A DNA stretch of 59,214 nucleotides, the filler included, from Jimgerdemannia flammicorona (taxonomy: Eukaryota), in assembly GCA_003990765.1 (NCBI GenBank). It is 3 parts of 3 records of this genome, joined end to end, with 100 filler letters (N's around TTAATTAATTAA, not from the genome) between each part and the next. Parts side by side here need not be neighbours in the genome. Positions count along the whole stretch, not along the records: positions 1 to 19,675 come from RBNJ01001876.1; positions 19,776 to 39,445 come from RBNJ01001877.1; 1 more part is not named here. The stretch is one strand, 5' to 3'. The notes below the pieces were generated by a model, which made no database searches, was not told the origin of the DNA, and saw nothing but the letters and a program-made list of their open reading frames with translations. Within the stretch, counting starts at the first letter, position 1. Each line of letters starts with the position of its first letter. Shown here in pieces: positions 11,799 through 23,964 of the stretch. The translations under genes and the position numbers were made by a program.

Positions 11799-14700
11799 AT
11801 GGCGAACCAACAGATTCTAGACCTTATAGCCCAAGTAGCTATAATGGCAGCAACCATTACTGCCTTAGCTGAACAGACCCGACCTACCAAAAATCTGAGC
11901 CTACCTACCTTCAATAGTACTGCACAAGAAGCCCAAAGCTTCATTAGTGTAGTTGACACCAACTTCAAAGCCAATCAATGGATTAATGAACGAGTTGCTG
12001 ACCGCGTTCTGACAAACAATCAAGACCACACCCTGGAACAACTCTTTGCTACCACTACAGCCTATGTCTGCTGAGTTGTTACATTCTTCTGAGGACCTGC
12101 CGAAGAATGGTGGCGAACCCTTCCTAAAAAACCCCTCACATGGGATACCTGACCTGCAGTAGTTGCCCAGAATGCAGCAAACAATGCCCCAGGATATAGA
12201 GCCCATCCTGCAGCCCCTGGACTCAAACAACTCATGATTGCTCAATATCGCAGTGAAATCATGATTGCCAAATCTCGAGTAAAACTCTGCAACCTCAAAT
12301 TCAATGTATATGGCAAAGAAGAATTTGAAACCTTCTGTACAAAACTCGAGTCACTCCTGAACACTGTTGGCCTAGGATACATTGCCAATGACAAAGTACG
12401 AAATGGTACAAGAGCAGACCATTTATTTGATGCCCTGCCTGAATGGCTTACTAGAAAAATCTGAGAACAAGGCTGCCCAGTTGGTTGTGATCACCAACAA
12501 TGGTGCCTAGCAAGAATCAAGACCATGGTCAAGCGAATCCTAACAGCTGGACCAATTCTGCCCTGAAGACAATTTAACAACAAGGAAAAGACTTGGACCA
12601 AGAAAGAAGAACCCAAGCATGAAGCATCTCGAGCTCCCTCCACATCCACCTCTTGGATACCCAGAAATCATGAACCCACCCAGCCAAGTACCTTTAAGAA
12701 ACTTACTGAAGGTGAAAGAAATGAACTTTGAAGAAGTGGAGCATGCTTCTATTGCCGAAAGACAGGACATATGGCCAGTGCCTGCCCTAACCGAAAAACC
12801 TGAATGGCAACACGAGCAACTGTTACCACTCTTCACCACCTCAACAACCTGATCACCAGAACAGTAGACTTTGTCAAGTTAAGACAAACTGCTAAGGCCC
12901 CAACCAAAGGAAGTCAAAAAGCAGCTGGATATGACCTGTATGCAGCCGAAGAAGCTACAGTTTCCAACTGAGAAGTCAAACAAGTCTATACAGGAATCAG
13001 TATCCAAATCCCTGAAGGATATGTTGGAAGAATATGCTGTCACAGCAGCCTAGCGCTAAAGGGACTCTCAGTAGAAGGAGGAGTCATTGACGAAGATTAT
13101 ACAGGTGAAATCATTATCCTCATTTGAAACTACAGTTGAACATCCTTCAAGATCCCTATTGGCTTCTGCATCGCCCAGATTCTATTCAAAAAAATTGAGT
13201 CAACCCTGACAGTCAAGGAAGTCCCTGAACTACTGCCCACTATCTAAGGATCTAAAGGATTTGGCTCATCAAACAAAGCCCCAGTCCAACCTACCATGAG
13301 CAAAAAAGAACAATTCTACAAGAAGATCGAAGATGGATATGTGCCAAGTGGCTGATGCCCTCATGGTATTGGAATGTACTCTTCCTGAATGATTGATGAT
13401 TGCTTCTCTTGTATCAACGAACTGGCTCAAAGAAGAACCAATAGAAGAAAGACTTCTACAACTGAAATCACCAGCATTGGATCAGACAAACTGCTCACCC
13501 TTAAGGCTTTTGTCAATGGAGCACCTGTCAAGATTATGATAGATAGTGATGCCTCAGGCAACTTCATTAATGAAGAGACAGCCAACAGACTCAAGGTCTT
13601 CACCTCCCCAGTACAGCAAACTCAAGCAGTTGCTACAGCTGATGGAACGTCACATGTTATTAGCAAAAACGTCCACAATCTATCTTTCCGAATTGGTAAC
13701 TACCAAGTACATGTTACCCTCCAAATTGTACCACTTCAGGACAATGAAATCATCCTTGGGACTCCATGGTTAAAACAAGAGAACCCCATGATTGATTGGG
13801 TAAACCATTCCCTGACCATCAAGAAAGGATGCCACAACTTCAAACTACAAGGCGAAAAGGACCCACTCAACTCTAAGGACCCTGGACCAAAGATCACCCA
13901 CATCAACAAGCTACAACTCAAGAAATTGGCCAAGAAATGCCCTCTCTTCGCTATCTCCATCTGACCATCTAAAGGAGAACCCGAGAACTCTGAAGAAGAT
14001 TTTTCCAAAGTTGACAACCATGTCAGACCACTACTCCAGAAATTCTGAGACATATTCCCAAAGAAGCTCCCGAAAGGCCTACCTCCCAAATGAGCAGTAG
14101 ACCATGTCATCAAGACTATCCCAGATGCCAAACCAGCCTTCAAGTCAATCTACCACATGTCTCCGAGAGAAATTGATGCACTCAAGAAAGAAATCGACGA
14201 ACTCCTAGAACAAGGATTCATCAGACCCAGTGTATCACCCTATGGTGCACCTGTCCTCTTCGTTGTTAAGAAAGAAGGAGACCTGCGAATGTGCATTGAC
14301 TACCGCAATCTCAATGAACAGACCATCAAGAACTGTTGCCCACTACCGAGGATCGATGAAATATTCGATAGACTTACCAATCCACAATTCATGAGCTCTT
14401 TTGACCTGTGAAATGGTTACTAGCAAATTGCCATGAAAGAAGAAGACATCTACAAGACAGCTTTCCAAACTCACTATGGACACTTCGAGTTCCTAGTTAT
14501 GCCCTTTGGCTTAACTAATGCTCCAGCAACCTTCCAGACACTGATGAATACCATTCTGTATCCATACCTAGACAAATTCATTGTTGTCTACATTGATGAC
14601 ATCCTAGTCTTCAGCAAAACCCTGGAAGAACATCTTGAACACCTTGAACTAGTACTACTAAAACTCCGAGAAAACTGACTCTTTGCAAAACTCAGCAAGT

Positions 14701-16931
14701 GCAAATTTCTTCTGAAAGAAATTCAATTCCTTGGACACATTGTCACCCCAAATGGAATCAAAGTGGACCCCAGCAAAATCTCTGCAATCAAGGATTGGCC
14801 CACACCCAAGAAGCTGAAAGACCTCCAGTCATTCCTGGGATTAGCAAACTATTACAGGCGATTCGTTGCCAACTTTGCTAAAATCGCTACTGCCCTCACC
14901 CAAATGACCAAGCACAGCAAGAAACAAGAACAACCTTGGACCATGAAACAAGAGAAAGACTTTAACAATCTTGTAAATTGGGGACTCGAACAAGATACCG
15001 CCTTCCAAGCACTGAAAGATGCTCTGATAACCACACCAGTACTTCAAGTGGCAAACTCTGCCCTATCATATGAAGTCACCACTAATGCCTCTGACCTAGC
15101 TCTTGGAGCAGTGCTCATGCAAGAAGGACACCCTGTGGCCTATCACTCCCACAAGTTCAATGATGCCGAAATCAACTACGCAACTCATGAGAAGGAAATA
15201 CTAGCCATCATAGACACTCTGATCAAATGGCGACCATATCTAGAAGGAGCATACTTCACTGTATTGACTGACCATAAGTCATTAGTCAACATCAAGATAC
15301 AGGCTACCCTTTCCCAAAAGCAAGCTAGATGGATGAAAGTCCTCACCAACTTTGACTATGAAATCCAGTACCGCCCTGGCAAGGAAAATATTGTTGCCGA
15401 TGCAATCTCCAGACCACCAATCGAAGAGGTTATCCAAACTCTGACCTTGGTTACCAACACTATCATGGAACAAATCATCACAGCATGTGTTGATGATAAA
15501 GAAGCTCAAGCACTCTGAGAAATCCTGAACAATGATGATGCTGACAAGTATACCCAGTACAATCAATATCAACTCAAGGATAATGCTATCTACTATAAGG
15601 ACAGATTGTATGTTCCAAACAACTGAGACCTCTGAAGGACTATCCTATTCGAATGTCATGATGCCCCTATAGCTGGACATTTAGGATTTGATAAATGTTA
15701 CAAAGTTATCTCTCGAAACTTCTATTGGCCCTGCATGGCAGATCAGCTCAAAACCTATATCACTTCCTGTGATGCCTGCTAATGAAACAAGTCCTCAACA
15801 CTAGCAAAACCCAGCTTACTTCACCTTATCCCAGTACCATCCACAAATTGGGAACAAATCTCTATGGACTTCATTGTATAACTACCCCGAACCAAGAATG
15901 GAAAAGATGCAATTGTTGTCTTTGTGGACTATCTCAGCAAACAAGCCCACTTTGTGCCTACTACAACTACTGCAACAGCTCTAGACATAGCCACACTCTT
16001 GTTTGACAACATCTTCCGCCATCATGGTCTTCCTAAAATCATTATTAGTGACTGAGATCTGAAGTTCACCAGCCATTTTTGGAAAGCCCTCCATGCATAC
16101 CTTGGAATGAAACTTGTACTATCTACAGCCTTTCACTCTGAAACAGATGGCCAAACTGAAAGAATGAACCAAACTCTGGAACAAATACTAAGGAACTATG
16201 TCTCTTACAGACAAGATGATTGGCATGAACACCTCACCGCAGTCGAGTTTGCCTATAACAACAGCAAGCAAGCCTCTCTTGGAATGACCCCATTCTTCGC
16301 CAATACTGGACAAAACCCAAACACCCCTTTGACACTTATCCGAACTACCGATGAACCCTCTACAGTTGAAGCTGTTGAAGAATTTCTACTCCGTATGTGC
16401 AATCTAAGCCAGATCGCAATTGAGAATTTATCACAAGCTCAAGAACAACAGTCACAGTATGTTAACCTACACTGCCGAGAAGAAACCTTTGACATTGGAG
16501 AAAAAGTCCTACTAGACATCAGAGGATACCAAGTTGACAACCTCAAGCATAGACCATCTACAAAGCTGAACAGTAAGTTCATTGGACCATTTGAAGTCAT
16601 TGCACAAGTCTCTCCAATCTCCTACAAACTGGTGCTACCGGACACCATTAAGATTCACCCAGTCTTTAATATTCAATGTCTCAAGCAATACAACAATAAT
16701 GATGACAAGCTATTTCCAAACTGGACCACCAAACCACCTGCACCTGTCATCATTAATGATCAAGAAGAGTACAAAGTTGAACAAATCCTCAACAAACATA
16801 GTAACAAGAACCACCCTGAGTATCTTGTCAAATGGAAAGGTTACCCAATCCATGATGCAACCTGGGAACCCAAGACCAACCTTCAGAATGCTACTGATCT
16901 AGTTCAGGAATATGATTTCTTGAACAACTAG
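11799..16931 (+). pseudogene. D1 gag-pol, single frame with internal stops; frame probably extends upstream to ~10460
   Basis: Zinc knuckle CFYCRKTGHMASAC at ~12743; dUTPase at ~12870-13270; [39 protein letters not shown]; RNase H; integrase; chromodomain EEYKVEQIL...YLVKWKGYPIHDATWEP. Confidence 0.92.
12870..13270 (+). pseudogene. dut: dUTPase domain of D1, between NC and PR
   Basis: AKAPTKGSQKAAGYDLYAA, SSLALKG, GGVIDEDYTGEI, IAQILF, GSKGFGSS match dUTPase motifs I-V. Confidence 0.9.
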
Positions 16932-17356
16932 AACCAAATATTCTGCACCCATCCATACATACTATATATTACCCTCCTGAACATTATAACTATCACAAAC
17001 CAAGTCAAGAACTCAGCAAAACAAGACAAGAATACCAAATCTCTGGAAAAATAGCAAAACTGAAAGCAAGCCTATTCTCCCTGTATCACTGGTGGGAAAC
17101 AAGGCATAGATATTTAAGAAGATTCCTTAGAGGAAATTCTCCAGCAGTGAATGATGTCAGAATCACTTCCGGCACACGGCATTGAACACATGACCCTTTA
17201 ACATGTGAATTCAACATGTTAGGCAACTGTACTACGAGCATGCCACTTTCTGAGAAAATAGACCTTACCAGACTTTTGACCTCTCAAATGGTGTAACAAC
17301 ACTAGAACAAATTAGAAGGCCCTGATGAGGATGTTGAAAGCTAAGAAGGGGAGAGT

Positions 17357-19113
17357 TGTAAGTGCACAACCTCTAAGCCACTGAAATTACACGTCACCCT
17401 CTGAACAAGCCACCGAAATTACATGCAACCTCTGAACAAATCTGGAAATCACCTGCTTGATCATGAAGCTGAGTCAAACTGAAGTCACAGCACACAAAGC
17501 TGAGTCAATATAAAGTCATGGAATATAAGATTTACACAAATGGAATCTTACCAATCAGGACCAAATGCATATATACCGAGCACCGAGATGCATCGAATCA
17601 GAGAACCAAAGCAAACAACAACTATAACTTCTAAATATACAAATATGACCACTGAGATCTACAACTGTATCTGTGCTGACATTTGGAATGCCATTGTCAA
17701 CTGAGCCACACCCCCTCTGCCCCTCATGAATATCCATAGCCTGGCACCCCTCTACTTTGTGGAAGCCCGATGGAATACCCTGAACATGTTTAGCAAGGCC
17801 CACCGAATTGGACAAATCTCAAGCTACTACCAGATTGGCCGCCTCCTGGAAGACATGGTTGAATACTACCATGATACAGACATTACCCAAATGTCTCAAC
17901 ACCAAAAGCTCATCGCTCACAAATATCGAGAACTCTTCTATGAGTACAACACCTTTATTCCCCGCCTCCGAGTCACTACCAGTGAAATGGTTGCTACCCT
18001 GTCCTATGGCCAAATTGATGACATGATACAAGAACTCAACCACAAGTACCTCGAATACGTGCAGACCACAGACAGAACCTTCCCGCACCCTGATGACCAT
18101 ATTCTGCAAATACCTCAAGTCGGATATGCCATGAAGGACATCTATGATATAATCCACTTCAATGAAGATGAAGCAGAAGACAATGATCCCTCTGACACCA
18201 ATATGATCTCTAGCCAAGGATCTCTGCCAACCCTGATCATACCACCAAACTTGCCGATGAACTTGCAATAGTTCATAACCGCATACGAGACTTATTGGGA
18301 CAATGACCACTGGCATGAATACTAACCTGCATTCACCCCCGATTACTTCAACTACAATGAAGAGACCAGAGAACACAACCTGTACCTCCAGACAATCCTT
18401 GAGATCGAACCAACAACCCCACCACCTGAGTATAAGTGATATGAACCACAGCTGCCAGCTTACTACAACCCCATGACTCATAGTGCTGTAACTTATAGAA
18501 GGTACACAGACAGTGAATCTGATGAAAGCGAAGACAATGCACCCCTCCTTTGTCCACCAACACCTTATCCAGCATACGAGACAGACAATGCTATCCTGTG
18601 GGACAGAGACGAAGTTCCAATATACTATTACCTCAGCGAACAAGGAGAAGTAATCCACGAACCATTATTTCTAGACAACTACTTCATCAGAGATGATGCA
18701 ATCGATGGTGATGTCATTGAAGACTACCCAGACAGTGCCTAAACCCATAAATAGCCTAACAGTCATAGTATAGTTAGATTAGCATTATATGATGTGACTG
18801 TGAACTGACTCAGCAGTCAGATGATCTCTTGACATGTCAGATCACACTTGTACTATGTGACTGCATTCCGACTCAGCAAGGCACTTAGTGCTATATCCAT
18901 ATCTAGTATAGTCTAGATAGCCCCTCACTAGTATAAATACCCCCTCCCCCAGACCTCAGAATCTCAGACTTGAACAGACTCGAACATACAAGAACATTCC
19001 TGAATACTTCCCCACAATACCCCTTCACACAAATATTCCTAGTATAGCAATATCATGAATAGCAAATAAACCTATTCCATAACCCACAAACCACTCCAAA
19101 GTAAATCTGCTCC
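17357..19113 (+). repeat. 3' LTR of D1 (interrupted)
   Basis: Follows the PPT; colinear with 8767-10523. Confidence 0.9.
17645..18742 (+). pseudogene. LTR-encoded accessory protein, D1 3' LTR
   Basis: Same length as 9055-10152 and single frame; includes track ORFs 17726-18271 and 18473-18742. Confidence 0.8.
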
Positions 19114-19675
19114 TGCGGCAACGCGATCGAGGCCCGCAGGCTTGGGGAGTGGGACCTTCCTCATTTGGCAGTACCCAACTGGAACCGGGAGCTGACATGG
19201 CAACATGATCGAGGCCCACAGGCTCGGGGAGTGGGAGTGGGGTCTTTTCAGGCCCTAGCCCATGCGTAAGTCCTTTGAGGAAGGTGCTGCATGTAAGTCC
19301 TTTACTCACCTGCTTTGAATCTACTTTGTTCTCTGTTGGTTGGTTGGGGGGTTTTTTCTTTGCCTCAGGCTTTCTTTTGGGGTTCGGGAGGCTATTCTTT
19401 ATTCAGTCCCGGCACTGCTAGATCCGACGCGTAGGTGTGCTCTCGCGTGTAAATGATGATCCAGCCCTGGTGAGCAGACAAGTCTAGTCTATGTCGTTGG
19501 GGTCGACGTAGCCGGTGTTCGACAGGTATAGCTGGAGCGGTGAGACTGCTGGACAATTTAGTAGCCTAGGTTAATGGGGGGATATTGTTCGGTGGGTGGT
19601 GGGGGAGGGTTTTGGCCTATATAGTCTAGGTTCCCTTCCAATAAAAATCCATGGGACTATGAGTCCGTTAAAAAA
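19114..19675 (+). mobile_element. Young 5'-truncated non-coding poly(A) retroposon (SINE-like) inserted in the D1 3' LTR
   Basis: Abrupt switch to CpG-retaining DNA; internal ~38-bp direct repeat (GGCAAC..GATCGAGGCCC.CAGGCT.GGGGAGTGGGA); ends AATAAA...GGACT-ATG-AGTCC-GTT-poly(A); homologous to 1-126 in reverse. Confidence 0.6.
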
Positions 19676-19775
19676 NNNNNNNNNNNNNNNNNNNNNNNNN
19701 NNNNNNNNNNNNNNNNNNNTTAATTAATTAANNNNNNNNNNNNNNNNNNNNNNNNNNNNNNNNNNNNNNNNNNNN
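19676..19775. other. Artificial contig spacer
   Basis: N44-TTAATTAATTAA-N44, with stops in all six frames. Confidence 0.98.
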
Positions 19776-20749
19776 AAAAAAAAAAAGACAGTCTACCAGC
19801 CAGACCTCTCTGCTATAGAAGAAGTAGGAGGATCACAGCTCAATATAGAAGATATAATCAATGCTATGGCCCACCAAATTCAAGAACTGCAAGTATAACT
19901 AGAATAGCAGAAAACACAAACTGTGGGTATATCACATCCTGCCATAGTGCCAGTCAGTTTTAAGCCACTCAAGCCAGATACCTTTGACAGCCATCAAGGA
20001 GGACTATCTACAGATACATGGACCTTCCAGTTGGATCAATACTTCAAGCTCACAAGAATGGAAGATGATATGTAAGTCTAATTTGCCACTACACTTCTCT
20101 GAGGAAATGCAGTCATCTGGTGGTACAATCATATCATGGTTACATCTGTACACTCATATATATAAATCAGAGATTGGGAAGCTTTCAAGAGAGCCCTTCA
20201 CAAGCAGTTAAAGCCTACTAATACCACCAAGCTAGCCAGGGACAAGCTAGCAAACATCAAGCAACTCAAGTCTGTGCAAAACTACAATATACAATTCTTG
20301 TCAATCCTACTTGAGCTACCAGTGGTATCTGAGGATGAAAAGATAGACCACTATGTCCAAGGTCTGAAGGGAAACACACAAGTCAAGGTCAAGCTAGAAG
20401 AGCCCAAAACTCTTGATGAAGCCATGAGAATCACCAATAGATTTGATGTTATCACCTTTGGTAACTGCTTTGAATCAGAATGCCACAAGAAGAACCACTT
20501 CAAGAACTGCCACAGAAATCAACCAAGGATAGTTGGCCCAGCACCAATGGACTTAGACACTATGAACAAAAAGAACACCAAGCTCACCCCTGAAGAAAAG
20601 GACTGCCTGAAAAAATCCAGAGCCTATTTCTTCTGTCACCAAACAGGACACATTGCAACCAAATGTCCTAGAAAGACTAGAAAACCCTCAAGACCAGTCA
20701 CTGTATTATTCAAGAATACACCCATCAATCTCACCACCAGTCAACTTGA

Positions 20750-21160
20750 GCTCAAGATCAAAAAGCTTCATCTGAAGACCCAGATCCCTCAATATCAAAC
20801 AGAAGGAGCCATTGATCTTAACCTACACTCAGTCAAACAAGTCACTATTCCAGCTAAGGGCCACACTCTGGTGCCTACTGAAATTGCAGTCCAATGCCCT
20901 GAAGGACATTATGCTAGAAATGTACTGCAATCAGGACTCAGTATCAAACATCATTTAGATATAGGTACTGGTGTCATTGACCCAGACTTCTGAGGGCAAG
21001 TTCAAGTCTTGCTTGTCAACCAGAAGGATCAAGACTACACAGTTAAAGAAGGAGACTAAGTTGTACAAATGATCCTGGAAAAAGCCAGTCAACTCAAGAT
21101 TACAGAAGTCCAAGAACTCCCTGAAACCAAATGAGATCAAAAGGGTTTTGGCAGCACTGA
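20750..21160 (+). pseudogene. dut: dUTPase domain of E, between NC and PR
   Basis: IPQYQTEGAIDLNL...QSGLSIKHHLDIGTGVIDPDF*GQVQVLL...KGFGST. Confidence 0.88.
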
Positions 21161-23964
21161 TTAAGCAGCAAGTCTTAGTGAAAATCAAGCTCAAGCTCAA
21201 GCTATACTCATTTTCAAAGGCCTAGTCAAAGGAAAAGAAGTTTAAGTACTCATAGACAGCAGAGCTGCAGGGAACTTCATCAACTAGAATCTCATCAAAA
21301 GCCTCAAGATCCTCACCAAGCCTGTACCCAACAATAATAGTATAGTTACTGCAGATGGTACTCTGCACCCCATTGAGTCAAAACTCTGGCTTATGAGATA
21401 CAATCCAGATATTGATTGGTACAAGAATAAAGTTACCTTACTTCAAGATGGAGCTAACATTATGATCAAGACAGACAAGACTATGAGCAAGATCCAGATT
21501 GCAATACTGTTAACTATATAGTACAAGAAAGCACTCAAGAAGGCAATATATACCTTTATTGTAATAATCTGCCTCAAGAAACAAGACAAGAGACTATCAG
21601 TCAATGAAAGCATCAAGCTATTGCTAGAGAAATTCAAAGATGTCTTTCCAGACAAGCTACCTGATCTACTACCTATACAAGAAGTTGATTATGAAATCAA
21701 ACTGACCCCTGGAGCTGTACCACCTAAGAAATACATGTACCACATGTCACCACTCGAAATTGAAGCAGCCAAGAAGGAACTAGAAGAACTACTTACATAA
21801 GGAGCCATCCAGCCAAGCAAATCTCCTTATGGCTCACCAGTCTTATTCATCAAGAAGAAGGATAGTACCCTGCAAATGTGCATAGACTATCATGTACTCA
21901 ATAAACTCACTATCAAGAACCACTATCCATTACTCTTGATTGATCAAATATTTGATACTCTCAAGAATGCTAAGTACTTCACTAAGTTAGACCTCATGTC
22001 AGGATATCATCAGATCTGAATCAAGTCAGAAGACATTTCCAAGACTGCATTCATGACCTCTTTTGGACTCTACGAATTCCTGGTCTTAGCATTTGGTCTC
22101 ACCAATGCACCTATCATATTCCAGACTCTGATGAACAAGATATTCAAGGACTAACTATTTATTTTCCTATTGGTATATCTTGACAACATCCCGATCTTTA
22201 GTGCAACTAAAAAAGAACATCTCAAATATATTTGAATAGTCCTGGAGATCCTGCAAAAATACAAGCTTTATATTAAGCTCAAGAAGTGTAAATTCTTCAA
22301 GGAACAAGTCAAATACCTTGGCCACATTGTCTCTATACAAGGAATTCAAGTAGACCCATACAAGATAGAAGCAATTGAAGAATAGCCCATTCCATTGAAC
22401 CTTACAGAACTCTGATCTTTCCTTCATCTAGCTGGCTATTACTGCCACTTTGTCAGAAACTTCTCTGGCATTGCTGAGCTACTAACTAACCTCATGAGGA
22501 AGGCCCCACACTCTGACCACTATGTATCCTACACTTGGGACCTCTTCTGTCAACAAGCCTTTTAAGAACTCAAGAACCACCTGACCCATGCTCCAGTTCT
22601 GTGTAATGCAGATCAAGGCCTAAAATTCATGATCATTACTAATGCATTGAATTTTGCCATTGGAGCAGTCCTGTCACAAGATGATGGCAAAGAACATCAC
22701 CTTATTGCTCTTGAGTCCTGCAAGCTGGCCATAGCTGAACAAAAGCTAGCTACTTATAAGAAGGAACTACTAGCAATAATACATATACTAGACCACTAGC
22801 AATGCTATCTAGAAGGTATTGAGTTTGATGTTATTACTGATCATCAATCTCTCAAGTACATTAACACCCAACCTACTCTATTATGTCTATAAGCCAAGTG
22901 GAGCCTCAAGCTTCAAACCTTCAACCCAATAATCATCTACAAGCCTGGCAAGACACTTGTAGTACCAGATGTCTTATCAAGATGCCCAGACCTCACCACA
23001 ATTATACAAGTCACCTTAGTATCAGAATTCCTAAACCAAATTAGGCAAGCTTACAACGAAGACACAGTTGTCATCAGAGTTTTCTTGAATGAACTCAAGG
23101 ATATATATACTATCAAGAACAATCTGATCTATCATCAAGATCAAGTTTATCTACTTGAAAACATGAATCTACACTATAAGGTTTTGCAAGAACACTATGA
23201 CTCTCCTCTTGCCAGTCATCTGGAAATTGAGAAGACTGTCAAGAACATCCAATACCACTACTATTGGCCAAAAATGGTCAAGGAAATCAAGAACTATGTT
23301 GCCAGCTGTGATCTATGTCAGCACAACAAGTCTACCAACCAAGCACCTGCCAGTTTGCTACAACCACTGCCAATTCCTACCAAAGAAGTTTGAGCAAGTC
23401 ACCATGAACTTTATAACTCAACTACCATGAACTCAATCTGGTGCTGATGCTATCATTGTATTTGTTGACTGCCTGACCAAGACTATGATTGCTGAACCAA
23501 CTACTACCAATGCTACTGTATCTGAGATTGCAAGAATCTTCTACAAGTCCATCTTCCATCACTATGGCCCACCATGAGTAATTGTTAGTGACCATGACCC
23601 TAAGTTCATCAGTCACTTCTGGAAAACCCTCTTCAAGACTCTGGGAATCCAATTGGCTATATCTACTGTCTTTCACTTACAAACTAATGGACAAACTGAG
23701 CACATGAACAGAACTCTAGAACAAATGCTTAGAAACTATATTTCTTACAAGCAAGATGATTGGGACATCTACTTGACTTATGTGGAGTTTGCATACAATA
23801 ATGCCATCCAATCATCTACTGGTCTTTCCCCTTTCTGGTTACTCCATAGTCAAGATTCTGAGACCTCTTTTTTTTTTATTTTTTTTTATTTTTTTTAGTC
23901 ACTTAGACTCTATCCTTTATTAATACTCCTATCTATCCTCTATATAATACACAGTGCCCCACCC

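Larger units (their letters stand above)
8767..19113 (+). mobile_element. Ty3/Gypsy chromovirus-type element, family D copy 1 (gag-dUTPase-PR-RT-RH-IN-chromodomain) with long gene-containing LTRs
   Basis: Direct repeats starting TGTAAG at 8767 and 17357; PPT AAGAAGGGGAGAG at 17343-17355; pol in one frame. The 3' LTR is interrupted at ~19114. Confidence 0.93.

Noticed and set aside
17322..17340. CTGATGA...GAAA resembling a hammerhead ribozyme core
   Set aside because: The D2 copy reads CCGATGAGGACGTCGAAA. The match arises from CpG decay of the pre-PPT hairpin, and I found no supporting stems I and III.
9229..18658. Long antisense ORFs in D LTRs (9229-10053, 274 aa; 17819-18658, 279 aa), open while the sense ORF has stops
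   Set aside because: They are shadows of the sense ORF, no long equivalent appears in the D2 LTR, and only the sense protein has homologues in families A and C.
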